The notes beneath the pieces are model-generated. The model was not told where the DNA came from. It searched no databases and saw only the letters and a list, made by a program, of their open reading frames with translations. Made by a program: the position numbers and the translations under genes. From assembly GCA_937903135.1 (NCBI GenBank), contig CALDAH010000011.1, forward strand, positions 1-56,795: a stretch of DNA of 56,795 nt, in the 5' to 3' direction. This document shows, in pieces, positions 45,432-55,063 of this stretch (positions are counted from its first letter, which is position 1; each line of letters starts with the position of its first letter). This DNA comes from an uncultured Alphaproteobacteria bacterium. Its GTDB lineage: Bacteria; Pseudomonadota; Alphaproteobacteria; Rs-D84.

Positions 45432-46958
45432 TTACCCAAGTTTTTTACGCAGTATTTCGTTTACAACGGCCGGGTTTGCCTTTCCGCCGGTCGCTTTCAT
45501 TACATTACCGACAAAGAATCCAAGCAGTCCTGTTTTCCCGCCACGGTATTGTTCAACCTGGGCCGGGTTTGCTGCGATAACGTCGTTTACCGCCTGTTCA
45601 ATTGCGCCGGTATCTGTGATTTGCTGCATTCCAAATTTTTCTGCGATTTCACGCGGTGTGCCGTTTTCGCCGTCAAGCATTTTAATAAATATTTCCTTGG
45701 CCTGTTTCCCGTTTACGGTATTCTGGGCGATCATATCAACCAATTCTGCTAAATCCCCAGGGCGGATAATACGCGGCCCGTTATCAGATTGTGATTGCGG
45801 TTCAGAATTTTTTTCATCCCAGTTTTCAGGGTGGGCGAATAGTTCGGAAATCATCCAGTTTGCAATCGGCTTTGCCCGGGCAATAACCCCGCCAACGGCC
45901 GCGTCGAACCATGCAGATATATCCGTATTTTCGGTAAGTCGCGCCGCATCATATTCATTTAATCCCCATTCGCCAATATAACGCGCACGTGTTGCTGCCG
46001 GCAGTTCGGGCATCGTACGACGAATGCGTTCAATTGTTTCGTCACTGATTTCCAACGGCAATAAATCCGGATCTGGGAAATAGCGATAATCCAGCGCGTC
46101 TTCTTTGCTGCGCATAACAGATGTTGTCCCATCACCTTGGTTATAGCGCATGGTATCCTGGGAAACTGTTCCGCCGTTTTCATATATTTCTATTTGACGG
46201 CGTGCCTCGTATTCAATTGCGGATTTAATAAATTTAAACGATACCATGTTTTTGGTTTCGGTGCGTGTGCGAAATTCTGTGCTGCCGACGGGGCGAACGG
46301 ATACATTTACATCCGCGCGCATTGAACCTTCTTCCATATTTGCCTTGGATACGCCCAGGGCGCGTGCGATTTCGCGTATCTCGCGCAGGTAGCGTTCAGC
46401 TTCGTCCGGGGATGATATATATGAATTATTTTCCGGATTTTTAACATCTAAAAATGTTACGATTTCCAACAGTGCAACGCCGGTACGGTTATAGTCCGCA
46501 AATGATTTCGTCGGGTGCATATCGTGTTTTAGTTTCCCGGCATCCTGTTCTAAATGGGCGCGTTCAATAAATATTTTTTTAGGGTTTCCATCATCGCCGA
46601 TAATTTCAACCCAGCCGCGCCCTACGACCGGCGGTTGATCGGCAGGTTGTGAAATCTGATATCCCTGCGGCAGGTCAGGGTAGAAATATTGTTTACGGGC
46701 AAAACGGCTGTGACGCGTTATATCAGCGTTTATCCCCAGGCCGAACTTAATCGCCTGTTCAACGCAGTACTCGTTTAAAACCGGCAGCATCCCCGGCATC
46801 GCGCAGTCAACCATAGATACCTGAGTATTCGGGGCAATCGTAGGGTTATAGTCGGCCGATGCACCGCTGAATAATTTGCTCTCGGATAATACCTCTATAT
46901 GGGTTTCCAGGCCAATAACTAATTCCCAGTCTGTTGTTTTTCCCTTAATTGTAAACAT
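45432..46958 (-). CDS. gatB: Asp/Glu-tRNA amidotransferase subunit B
   Basis: WELVIGLETHIEV, FDYNRTGVALLEIV-type motifs and a YqeY-like C-terminus. Start set at MFTIKG (46958). Confidence 0.92.
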   Translation of the reverse strand: MFTIKGKTTDWELVIGLETHIEVLSESKLFSGASADYNPTIAPNTQVSMVDCAMPGMLPVLNEYCVEQAIKFGLGINADITRHSRFARKQYFYPDLPQGYQISQPADQPPVVGRGWVEIIGDDGNPKKIFIERAHLEQDAGKLKHDMHPTKSFADYNRTGVALLEIVTFLDVKNPENNSYISSPDEAERYLREIREIARALGVSKANMEEGSMRADVNVSVRPVGSTEFRTRTETKNMVSFKFIKSAIEYEARRQIEIYENGGTVSQDTMRYNQGDGTTSVMRSKEDALDYRYFPDPDLLPLEISDETIERIRRTMPELPAATRARYIGEWGLNEYDAARLTENTDISAWFDAAVGGVIARAKPIANWMISELFAHPENWDEKNSEPQSQSDNGPRIIRPGDLAELVDMIAQNTVNGKQAKEIFIKMLDGENGTPREIAEKFGMQQITDTGAIEQAVNDVIAANPAQVEQYRGGKTGLLGFFVGNVMKATGGKANPAVVNEILRKKLG

Positions 46959-46971
46959 TTTTTCTTTTTCC

Positions 46972-47000
46972 TTGCTTTTTTTCTTTTGGTATCTTATTAT
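46972..47000 (+). promoter_or_regulatory. Promoter candidate for tRNA-Phe
   Basis: TTGCTT (46972-46977), 17-nt spacer, TATTAT (46995-47000), 12 nt before the tRNA 5' end. Confidence 0.35.
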
Positions 47001-47012
47001 TGCTTTCGCGTT

Positions 47013-47088
47013 GGCTAGGTAGCTCAGTCGGTAGAGCAAGGGACTGAAAATCCCTGTGTCGGCGGTTCGATTCCGTCCCTAGCCACCA
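47013..47088 (+). tRNA. tRNA-Phe (anticodon GAA), CCA encoded
   Basis: Hand-folded: acceptor GGCTAGG/CCTAGCC, D arm GCTC..GAGC, anticodon arm AGGGA-CTGAAAA-TCCCT, T arm GGCGG-TTCGATT-CCGTC. Followed by a T7 run. Confidence 0.93.
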
Positions 47089-47187
47089 GTTTTTTTATAT
47101 ATTTCGCGTTTTTTCTCATATTCTTTTAATTACTGTTAATATGCTTTTGCGTTATATATTCCGAATCGAAATCGGGGGTAATATTTA

Positions 47188-48654
47188 CTATTCCCCCATA
47201 ACTGTTGTTGGGCGGTTATCTATGCCTGCGAACTGTTCAATGTGTTTTGCCAGCTGCAGAACACGCATATCTGAAAACATCGGGCCGACAACCTGAATCC
47301 CAAGTGGCAGATTATTTGACGCCAGTCCCGCCGGAACACTGCATGCCGGGATACCGGCCAGGTTCATTGCAACGGTAAATAAATCCAATGCATAATATTC
47401 CAGTGGCGATAAATCCGAATCCAGCGGCAGGGCAGTTCCCGCACTGGACGGGCATAGTATTAAATCACACTGTTCAAATGCGCGATTAAAGCTATCGGCG
47501 ATCATTCGGCGTACGCGGGCCGCCTGCATAAAATATACATCATACGATTCACTCGACAGTACGGCCGTGCCGATAATCATACGGCGTTTTACCTCGTCCC
47601 CGAATCCGGCGGCGCGTGTTTTCTTATACGTATCAATCAGGTCACTGCCATCTATGCGCAGGCCATATTTCATCCCATCATAACGCGCCAGGTTTGACGA
47701 TGCCTCGGCCGGGGCAATAATATAATACGCGGCCAGGGCATCTAGGATATTCGGGATAGATATTTCAACTATTTCAGCGCCAATAGATTTTAAATCCGCG
47801 ATTCGTTTTGCAAATATATTTTTCATATCATCAGATATTTCAACATCTGCAAATTCACGAATAATTCCAACGCGTAATTTTTTCCCGTCCCCTAATATTG
47901 GTGAAAGTGCTGTATGCGCATGAAATTCAGCGTTTGCGCTGGTTGAATCCTTTTCGTCATGCCCGGCCATCGCAGATAATAATAACGCCGCATCGTCAAC
48001 CGTGCGCGCAATTGGGCCGGGGGTATCCAGACTGGATGCAAATGCGACACAACCCCACCGAGAGCAGAGACCATATGTAGGTTTCATCCCGACCAGTCCC
48101 GTTATTGCCGACGGGAATCGTATTGATCCGCCGGTATCGGTCCCTGTGCCGCCCATTGCTAAACCCGATGCGATCGCAGATGTTGCACCGCCAGATGACC
48201 CGCCCGCGGTTAAGCGTTTTTCACGCTGCCATGGATTGATTGGTGCACCGAAATAGCTGGTTTTGCTGAATGTGCCCATCGCAAATTCATCCAGATTGGT
48301 TTTACCCAATAAAACAGTCCCGCTGTTAATAAATTTTTGTGATACGGTTGATTCATATTCCGGAATAAAGTTTTCCAGCATCCGTGATGCCGCCGTGGTG
48401 CGAATGCCACGTGTTGCAAATAAATCCTTCATCCCGATTGGAATACCGTCCAGGGGTAATGCATTGTTCGCTGCATATCTGGCATCCGCCGCCGCCGCAT
48501 CGGCCATGGCCCGTTCGGGCGTTACGGTGATATAGCAATTTAAATCTGCGCCGTATTTTTCAATCCGGTCCAGGTGCGTGCGCGTAAGTTCCGTCGCACT
48601 AATCTCGCGCGATTTTAGTTTTTCCAATGCCTGTGTAATTGTAAGATTTATCAT
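47188..48654 (-). CDS. gatA: Glu-tRNA(Gln) amidotransferase subunit A
   Basis: Amidase signature GGSSGGATSAIASG and the catalytic-lysine motif GMKD (IGMKDLF). 488 aa. Confidence 0.93.
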   Translation of the reverse strand: MINLTITQALEKLKSREISATELTRTHLDRIEKYGADLNCYITVTPERAMADAAAADARYAANNALPLDGIPIGMKDLFATRGIRTTAASRMLENFIPEYESTVSQKFINSGTVLLGKTNLDEFAMGTFSKTSYFGAPINPWQREKRLTAGGSSGGATSAIASGLAMGGTGTDTGGSIRFPSAITGLVGMKPTYGLCSRWGCVAFASSLDTPGPIARTVDDAALLLSAMAGHDEKDSTSANAEFHAHTALSPILGDGKKLRVGIIREFADVEISDDMKNIFAKRIADLKSIGAEIVEISIPNILDALAAYYIIAPAEASSNLARYDGMKYGLRIDGSDLIDTYKKTRAAGFGDEVKRRMIIGTAVLSSESYDVYFMQAARVRRMIADSFNRAFEQCDLILCPSSAGTALPLDSDLSPLEYYALDLFTVAMNLAGIPACSVPAGLASNNLPLGIQVVGPMFSDMRVLQLAKHIEQFAGIDNRPTTVMGE

Positions 48655-48687
48655 TGCGGTAACTGCTTTTATGGTTATTTATTAATA

Positions 48688-49272
48688 CTAACGAGACAAT
48701 ACTGATTTATGAAATAATTTCATCTTTGACTGATGCTGTTTATATTTACGTAAATATTTAGCTTCCAAATCATATTGCTGTTTGCCGCGCGCATCAATTA
48801 GCAAATTCGCATCAGCATGTATTTTATTGATCAGTCTATTTAATGAATTGACGTCTAGGTAATATATTTTTCTTTTATCAAATTCTAAATGAATATACGG
48901 GATAATATCCGGATTATTCATAATACGTTTAATATTCGCAGATGTATCCGTTTTCATTTTATCTAACCGGTTCATGACCGCAGCGGGGTGTAGTTTTTTA
49001 CCAGGACGCGCGATATAATTTAGCAATAAAAAGCATACTGCCATTTTTGCCTGAGCTTTATATAAGCAGCGAGTATCCTGATGTAATAATTCTACCAAAT
49101 TTAATATATACATCGCTTCGTTGCAGGCCTCGCCGTCATTTGTTGTATCAAATTCAGGCTGCAGATAAGAATCTCTTTTTATTTGATCGGCTTTATTTGT
49201 AAGATAGCTTTCCAGCTCTTGTGTTTCTTTCTGTAATGATTCCAGTTGTTTAGATAGTTTCTTTTTATTCAT
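48688..49272 (-). CDS. AT-rich gene of unknown function (194 aa) inserted between gatC and gatA
   Basis: Intact ORF with an N-terminal coiled-coil-like segment. Visibly lower GC than its neighbours. 29-nt and 33-nt gaps to gatC and gatA. Confidence 0.55.
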   Translation of the reverse strand: MNKKKLSKQLESLQKETQELESYLTNKADQIKRDSYLQPEFDTTNDGEACNEAMYILNLVELLHQDTRCLYKAQAKMAVCFLLLNYIARPGKKLHPAAVMNRLDKMKTDTSANIKRIMNNPDIIPYIHLEFDKRKIYYLDVNSLNRLINKIHADANLLIDARGKQQYDLEAKYLRKYKQHQSKMKLFHKSVLSR

Positions 49273-49301
49273 GATTTAAATCCTGTTTAATATTATTTCT
49301 A

Positions 49302-49595
49302 TTATTCATCCATAACCTTTGGTACGGCAAAATATCCGCGACTGACCCCGGATTTATCCGGCGCATTTGCTAAAACCAAATCGCGCATATTGCCATCGGT
49401 TACAGAATCAACACGTTTAGGTAATTTGTGTTCAGATGGATTTAATAAAGGCGTTACGCCATTTGTATTGATTTTCTGTAATTTATCTAACCATTCAATT
49501 ACCGAGTCAATATTCATTCGCGAGAGCTGTTCATCTGAAATCTCTATTCGTATTAGATCTGCGAATTTCTGTAATTGTTGCTTGCTAAACGCCAT
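49302..49595 (-). CDS. gatC: Asp/Glu-tRNA amidotransferase subunit C
   Basis: 97 aa with a LIRIEISDEQL... pattern and the C-terminal motif FAVPKV (GYFAVPKVMDE). Confidence 0.88.
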   Translation of the reverse strand: MAFSKQQLQKFADLIRIEISDEQLSRMNIDSVIEWLDKLQKINTNGVTPLLNPSEHKLPKRVDSVTDGNMRDLVLANAPDKSGVSRGYFAVPKVMDE

Positions 49596-49632
49596 TTTGA
49601 ATCCTATTATTTAAACGTAAGGAAATTATATA

Positions 49633-50091
49633 ATGATTTTATCAGATTTCAAGGCTTTTCCGCGCACAGGGCGCATATTAGGGGTTGACTGGGGCGCACG
49701 TCGGACGGGGCTGGCGGTGTCGGATGAAACGCGCGCGTTTGTTTTTACCCGTCCTGCGATCGTGTCGCCACGTGGTAAATCCGGTGTGATCGCCGATCGA
49801 ATTGCCGCAATCGCCCGGGACGAGGCGGTTGTTGGCATTATTATTGGTATGCCCATGCATTCGGATGGTACGGCGTCCGATACCGCGATCGCCGTTCGTG
49901 ATATGGCCCAGCGCTTATCCGATCTGATGGATATTCCAATTGCGTTTATTGATGAAACATTAACCAGTTTCGCCGCCCAGGAAGATATCGGCCGCGCACG
50001 AATTTCGGATATAAAACAGCGGCTTGATTCCGAATCCGCGCGTGTTATATTGGAAAATGCAATCGCGATTTTAAAACGAACTAATAAATAA
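49633..50091 (+). CDS. ruvX: RuvX/YqgF Holliday-junction-resolvase-like nuclease (pre-16S rRNA processing)
   Basis: ILGVDWGARRTGLAVSD and GMPMHSDGTAS. Confidence 0.88.
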   Translation: MILSDFKAFPRTGRILGVDWGARRTGLAVSDETRAFVFTRPAIVSPRGKSGVIADRIAAIARDEAVVGIIIGMPMHSDGTASDTAIAVRDMAQRLSDLMDIPIAFIDETLTSFAAQEDIGRARISDIKQRLDSESARVILENAIAILKRTNK

Positions 50092-50130
50092 AAATGCCGG
50101 AAATCGTGCGCATAGCACGATTTTTTATTT

Positions 50131-51174
50131 TTATTCTTCGCGTTTATCGGGAATATTCCCGTCCGCGGATAATAATACCGCGATCCAGCGCGTGGAATCA
50201 AATTGCGCCGTGATTATAAATGTCGCAACCAATAACGGGACACTGAAAAACATCCCGGCGATGCCCCATATCATTCCCCAGAATACAAGGTTAATAAGTA
50301 TCGCGAGTGTGGATAGGTTCAGCGTTTTCCCGGTAAGCTTCGGCTCTAAGATATTGCCAAATAAAATCTGCAGGCCGATTAATCCCGCCGCCGTAAGTAT
50401 CGGCAGATGCAGCCCGGGGGCAATAGCCAGGGCGTATATTATCGGCAGGCCGCATGCAACAATTGCCCCAATCGTCGGGATATAGCTGGTTATAAATACT
50501 ATAAATGCCCATACGCCGGCAAATTCAAGCCCGATTATCTGCAGCCAGAAATATGACAATATACCGGTAATTGCCGAAAGCAGTGTTTTCATAAACAGAT
50601 ATTTTTTCATATTATCGTCAATGCTGCCGATGATATATTGCATTTTCTTAGATTGTTTTTTATTCGGGAAAAGTGCCGCAAATTTTTTATGAAACGTACT
50701 TTGTTCAATAAACATAAACAGCAGATATACAAATATCATACCAACAGATGTTGCAAAACCGGCCGCCGATGTCCCAACGTTTTTTGCAATCTGGGTAATA
50801 TTCGGCAATAGCTCGGAATCAAAGTGCAGGCCAATTGCGTTGGATAGATAATTGCCAAGTTCAATTAGTTTATGCTGAATATCGGGCAGGGCCGCGAGCA
50901 ATTCTGAGAACATCGGTCGAACCTGGGTCGCGAATAAATACATAATCGCACCGAGTGTTGCGGCGGCAAAAATATTTGATGCCCAGTTAAATACATGTGA
51001 CCATTTAACATCACGCCGACCGACGGGTTTTTTAAACGGCATAACTTTGCGATAGTATGCAGATATCGCGTTTATTAAATACCAAAAGAATGTCGCGACA
51101 AGCAGCGGTATTAAAATAGACCGCCCAAGCCATAGAAAAAAGATAAATCCTGCAAATAAAATTAAACCGTTCAT
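50131..51174 (-). CDS. AI-2E family (PerM/YhhT) transporter
   Basis: 347 aa, ~8 TM segments, YIPTIGA and GFFSVPLL-type motifs. Confidence 0.8.
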   Translation of the reverse strand: MNGLILFAGFIFFLWLGRSILIPLLVATFFWYLINAISAYYRKVMPFKKPVGRRDVKWSHVFNWASNIFAAATLGAIMYLFATQVRPMFSELLAALPDIQHKLIELGNYLSNAIGLHFDSELLPNITQIAKNVGTSAAGFATSVGMIFVYLLFMFIEQSTFHKKFAALFPNKKQSKKMQYIIGSIDDNMKKYLFMKTLLSAITGILSYFWLQIIGLEFAGVWAFIVFITSYIPTIGAIVACGLPIIYALAIAPGLHLPILTAAGLIGLQILFGNILEPKLTGKTLNLSTLAILINLVFWGMIWGIAGMFFSVPLLVATFIITAQFDSTRWIAVLLSADGNIPDKREE

Positions 51175-51196
51175 AAAATCACCTTTGTGCAGTAAA

Positions 51197-51883
51197 TCAT
51201 GCGCATAGCGCGTTTTTTATATGTCCAGATTCCAGTTCTATTTTATCGGTTATTTTAACCGCTTCTTTAAACTTTTCCTGATGACTGATTATTATAAATG
51301 TTGTATCGGGCATTGATGCGATTGTTGTTGCGATTAATTGCTGGGTTTCGCCATCCGCCCCGGAATCAGGTTCGTCCAATATCGCCAGCAGTGGTCGCGT
51401 CATTAGCAGGCGCAAAAGCATTAATCGTTTGCGTTCACCGCCGGAAAAACCGACGTTAATACTGCGGTTAAGCCATTCTTTGGGTATGTTAAGGCGGCTT
51501 CGTGCATCTTCTATGCGGGTTAGAAATTCCCCCATGGATAAATCACGGCCCGTTTGAAAATGGTGGTGCGCCGCGGCCGAATGCTTTAAAAAGCTAAGCA
51601 CGGTAAGACCGGGGATTTCGGGGACGTTTTGCGCGCCCAAAAATATTCCGATTAATGCACGCGTGGTTGCGTTTTCATTTGTTATATTGCGACCGTTAAA
51701 TATAATTTCCCCGCCGTTAATAATATATTCCGGATTCCCGGCGATCGTCTGGGCCAGTGTGGATTTCCCCGATCCATTATGACCCGATAGCAAATAACGC
51801 GCCCGAGCCGGTATATGAATGTTTATATCGGTTAGCAAAATTTTATCGCCCATAGAGACGGATAAATTTTTTATATCTAGCAT
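51197..51883 (-). CDS. sufC: Fe-S cluster assembly ATPase SufC
   Basis: Walker A GHNGSGKST, signature FSGGERKR, Walker B LAILDEPDSG. Confidence 0.9.
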   Translation of the reverse strand: MLDIKNLSVSMGDKILLTDINIHIPARARYLLSGHNGSGKSTLAQTIAGNPEYIINGGEIIFNGRNITNENATTRALIGIFLGAQNVPEIPGLTVLSFLKHSAAAHHHFQTGRDLSMGEFLTRIEDARSRLNIPKEWLNRSINVGFSGGERKRLMLLRLLMTRPLLAILDEPDSGADGETQQLIATTIASMPDTTFIIISHQEKFKEAVKITDKIELESGHIKNALCA

Positions 51884-52042
51884 TTTTTATCCTGTATATT
51901 TTTTTATTATATCATATTTTCCCCGGCTTGCAATTAATCGGTATTTCGCCGTGCGAATGCTGGATCGGAATCTTTGTCGAACGGGGCGCGGTAAAAAATC
52001 GGGGAGGGGGATTAAATCTTGTTCTGTTTTATAAAATAATAC

Positions 52043-53368
52043 CTAATGCGCCAATGCCATTTGGATTAATTGCTTTGATTCAACCAAAAATTCCATCGGC
52101 AGACGTGATATAATCGGGGCCGCGTTCGCGCCGATTATCAGTGCCGTTGCAGCATCGGTGCTGATCCCGCTTTGTTCTAAGAATAATAACTGTTCCGGGT
52201 CAATTGCGCCGGTCGCGGCCTCGTGACTTTGTGTGTTTTCGCCGTTGGTATGAATAATGGTCGGCAACGTATTCGCCGTCGCCCGATTCCCAATTATCCG
52301 CGTATCGCACTTGGATATGTTTTTAGAACCTTTACCGCTAAAGCTTACCAGGCTGCGAAATGTCTGATTAGAACTGTCCTGGGCAACGCCATATGATAAA
52401 ATGTTTGATATAGTATTATTGCCGATATGAATCATTTTAGTTCCGGTATCGGCCATTTGCCCGCCGCGTGTTATGGCCAGTGAGTAAAAATCACTCTGTG
52501 CGCCATCGCCGGCCAGGATCGTTGACGGGTATTTCCACGTCATCGCAGCACCGATTTCAACCTGTGTCCAATTAAGTGTCGCGTTTTTATCGCATCGGCC
52601 GCGCTTGGTTACAAAGTTTAATATCCCGCCGATATTTTTACCATCTTTTTCTTCGCCCGCGTACCAGTTTTGAACGGTTGCGTATTTAACATACGCATTG
52701 TCCATTACAATGATTTCCACAACGCCGCTGTGCAGCTGATGACGTGGCCGACGTGGGGCGCTGCAGCCCTCCATATACGACAGCTCGGCGCCGGTGTCTG
52801 CGATAATTAATGTACGTTCGAATTGACCGATTTTGGCGGTTTCTATTCTGAAATAACTTGCCAGGTCAATCGGGCATTTAGTGTTCGGGGGAACGTAAAC
52901 AAATGTTCCGTCGGAAAACACCGCCGCGTTTAGTGCGGCAAAAAAATTATCCGTGGCAGGGACAACAGAACCTAGATATTTTTTTATAATATCGGGGTGT
53001 TTTTTTACGGCCTCGGAAAACGGCAAAAATATAATACCTAGTTTTTCCAGCTCTGCGGTATATGATGTATGAACGGATTTGCTGTCAATAACGGTATCGG
53101 TTGCCATGCCAAGTAATGCGCGCTGTTCACTTTCGGGCAGTCCCATCTTTTCATATGTTTTCTGCAGATCTGAATTATCCACGGGCCGGGATTCGTTATA
53201 ATAATTCAATGAACTATAATCAATCGCAGGGTATTGAAATTCAGCCCAGTGCGGTTCGGTCATTTTTTCCCAGGCCTTAAATGCCGCCAGACGCCAATCG
53301 GTTAACCACGCAGGTTCGTCCCGGCGGGCAGATATATCACGAATAATTTTTTCGCTAAGCTCGGGCAT
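52043..53368 (-). CDS. sufB: Fe-S cluster assembly scaffold SufB
   Basis: GGILNFVTKRGRC...NWTQVEIGAAMTWKYPS...ADTGTKMIHIG.NT.S. Confidence 0.88.
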   Translation of the reverse strand: MPELSEKIIRDISARRDEPAWLTDWRLAAFKAWEKMTEPHWAEFQYPAIDYSSLNYYNESRPVDNSDLQKTYEKMGLPESEQRALLGMATDTVIDSKSVHTSYTAELEKLGIIFLPFSEAVKKHPDIIKKYLGSVVPATDNFFAALNAAVFSDGTFVYVPPNTKCPIDLASYFRIETAKIGQFERTLIIADTGAELSYMEGCSAPRRPRHQLHSGVVEIIVMDNAYVKYATVQNWYAGEEKDGKNIGGILNFVTKRGRCDKNATLNWTQVEIGAAMTWKYPSTILAGDGAQSDFYSLAITRGGQMADTGTKMIHIGNNTISNILSYGVAQDSSNQTFRSLVSFSGKGSKNISKCDTRIIGNRATANTLPTIIHTNGENTQSHEAATGAIDPEQLLFLEQSGISTDAATALIIGANAAPIISRLPMEFLVESKQLIQMALAH

Positions 53369-53374
53369 TGTTTA

Positions 53375-53914
53375 TCAGTCCTGGGTTGCGAGTTGGCGTG
53401 CCTGGGCAAAAAATGTTAATGATTGCCCGAGCAGCCCGTCTGTAAATGTTGCGGCCAATATACCGTCCGGTTCGGTCGTTGTTATGTGCTGAAGCAGTGT
53501 ATCGGCGCGTTTCATATAGTTATCTATGTTTCGGGCGACCTCTGAGTCTAGTTTTATGCCGCGGCGCAGCTTTTCCAGAACAAAAGGATTTTTGGCATAT
53601 TCGTCCATAATCCCGCCCAGTGCGCGCCACAGCGGGTGTTCGGCCGTATTTCGCGGCATTATATCAACCGATGCCATAATCGGAATTAGGTTCTGTAATA
53701 AATCCTGGTATATCATTTCGGCGTTTTCGGCAACTGCGTTTGTTGCGGTCTTGTTTTTTAAAATGGCTTGAATCTTTACGATCAGATTATATTGATGGGT
53801 TAGTGTTTTTTGCATATCACGTATGCGTGCGCTGGTCTGGATTGTTAAAATAACAGCTGCGATGCTGGCAAAAACACTGATGCAAATTCCGACTAAAATC
53901 AACATATTTTGCAT
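53375..53914 (-). CDS. Hypothetical membrane-anchored protein, first gene of the sufBC transcription unit
   Basis: N-terminal TM segment LILVGICISVFASIAAVILTI. Ends 6 nt before the sufB start. No family recognised. Confidence 0.5.
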   Translation of the reverse strand: MQNMLILVGICISVFASIAAVILTIQTSARIRDMQKTLTHQYNLIVKIQAILKNKTATNAVAENAEMIYQDLLQNLIPIMASVDIMPRNTAEHPLWRALGGIMDEYAKNPFVLEKLRRGIKLDSEVARNIDNYMKRADTLLQHITTTEPDGILAATFTDGLLGQSLTFFAQARQLATQD

Positions 53915-54029
53915 AATATACCCTTCGTTTAGTTTTTTATTTCGCCCCCAGTATAACATCTTTTGCCGATTCGTGCGATTTTATCTTAAACGATAGTAAA
54001 ATTTGGTTGATTTAAGTATGTTTTAGCTC

Positions 54030-54058
54030 TTGCACAGATTCGGTCAAGTTGTTATAAT
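54030..54058 (+). promoter_or_regulatory. Sigma70-like promoter candidate for the pilus genes
   Basis: TTGCAC (54030-54035), 17-nt spacer, TATAAT (54053-54058), 41 nt before the ATG at 54100. Confidence 0.45.
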
Positions 54059-54099
54059 AATACATTATATAATAAGAATATCAGGAAAGGAATGCTTAT

Positions 54100-55032
54100 A
54101 TGTTTCGCAAGATTCTAATTATTGCAATGTTTGCAACCGCGGCTGGGTATTGTTTCGCAGCTCAAAATCTGCCCCAGGTCGTAACGTCCGAGGTTTTTTA
54201 TACCGAGGATAAAACAGTAAACGAAAATCAATACGATACAGCGCAAGTATATGACACAACCGCCTGGCAGGAAATAGAAGTCCCCGCATGGCCAATCGCA
54301 GGGTCCGACGCCGACGTTGAGGTTGCATGCGAAGACGGCGCGTGTTCAAAGAATAAGCAGTCTGATAATATCCGTATTGTATCAAAAATTGGATCGGATC
54401 TGGTTGTTGAAAATAATTTTAATTTAGGGGCGCGTGGTGAATTCGGCGGCTGGTCCGGCGGGGCGAATATGCTGCACGGGACCCAGATCCCGGTCGGTTT
54501 TGACGATGAATGCAACAGCGGGTCCGAGATGCCACTGCTGCACCGCGAGGTATTAGAAGACGACGGCGGAAACGTTTTAACGGTATCGCGCAGTAATCGT
54601 CGTGATTGTGCAAAGTATTCAGACGGCTATGCCGCGTATTTGGCGAAAAACGGCGCAACCGCCGCAGAGCAGGCCGCAGCAATTGCAAACACATCCACCG
54701 GGGATACCACGGTTATAAGCGAAGAGATCAGCGTTGATATATCCGCCGATGCCGAAGCACCGGCCGCCATGACAGATCAGGTTCGTTCATGGGTCGTGGC
54801 CAGCGGTCAGACGTTGCGTGATGTCCTGCAGGCGTGGTGCAACAAAGAAGGCTGGGATATGGTCTGGGCAACGTCACGTGAATATCCGATTGAGGCCAGC
54901 GCGGTATTTAAAGGCCGGTTCGTAGATGTCGCATCGGCGTTGGTACGTAATTTCGGTCGGGCAACACCAATCCCGTATGCAAAGTTTTATAAGGGAAATC
55001 GTGTATTGGTAATTTCCACAAACGAAGAATAA
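54100..55032 (+). CDS. PilL / TcpQ-family type IVb pilus biogenesis protein
   Basis: Signal peptide. C-terminal WVVASGQTLRDVLQAWCNKEGWDMVWATSREYPIEASAVFKGRFVDVASALV matches the TcpQ/PilL C-terminal pattern by eye. Confidence 0.6.
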   Translation: MFRKILIIAMFATAAGYCFAAQNLPQVVTSEVFYTEDKTVNENQYDTAQVYDTTAWQEIEVPAWPIAGSDADVEVACEDGACSKNKQSDNIRIVSKIGSDLVVENNFNLGARGEFGGWSGGANMLHGTQIPVGFDDECNSGSEMPLLHREVLEDDGGNVLTVSRSNRRDCAKYSDGYAAYLAKNGATAAEQAAAIANTSTGDTTVISEEISVDISADAEAPAAMTDQVRSWVVASGQTLRDVLQAWCNKEGWDMVWATSREYPIEASAVFKGRFVDVASALVRNFGRATPIPYAKFYKGNRVLVISTNEE

Positions 55033-55063
55033 AAATTAAATTCAGGCGCCGTAGGAGAAATAG

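Noticed and set aside
45388-45981. Long antisense ORFs opposite well-supported genes: 45388..45981 opposite gatB, 49626..50201 opposite ruvX, 16392..16949 opposite lnt, 33023..33547 opposite ftsI/recJ, 38377..38952 opposite the M23 gene, and 3984..4547 and 3375..3812 opposite mutL.
   Set aside because: Their translations are low-complexity (Arg/Pro/Ala/Ser-rich) with no motifs. The opposite strand carries unambiguous conserved proteins, and such shadow ORFs are expected from GC-biased codon positions.
46959-47039. The 5' extension of the gatB ORF to 47039.
   Set aside because: It runs through the tRNA-Phe gene on the opposite strand. The conserved GatB N-terminus begins at MFTIKG (46958).
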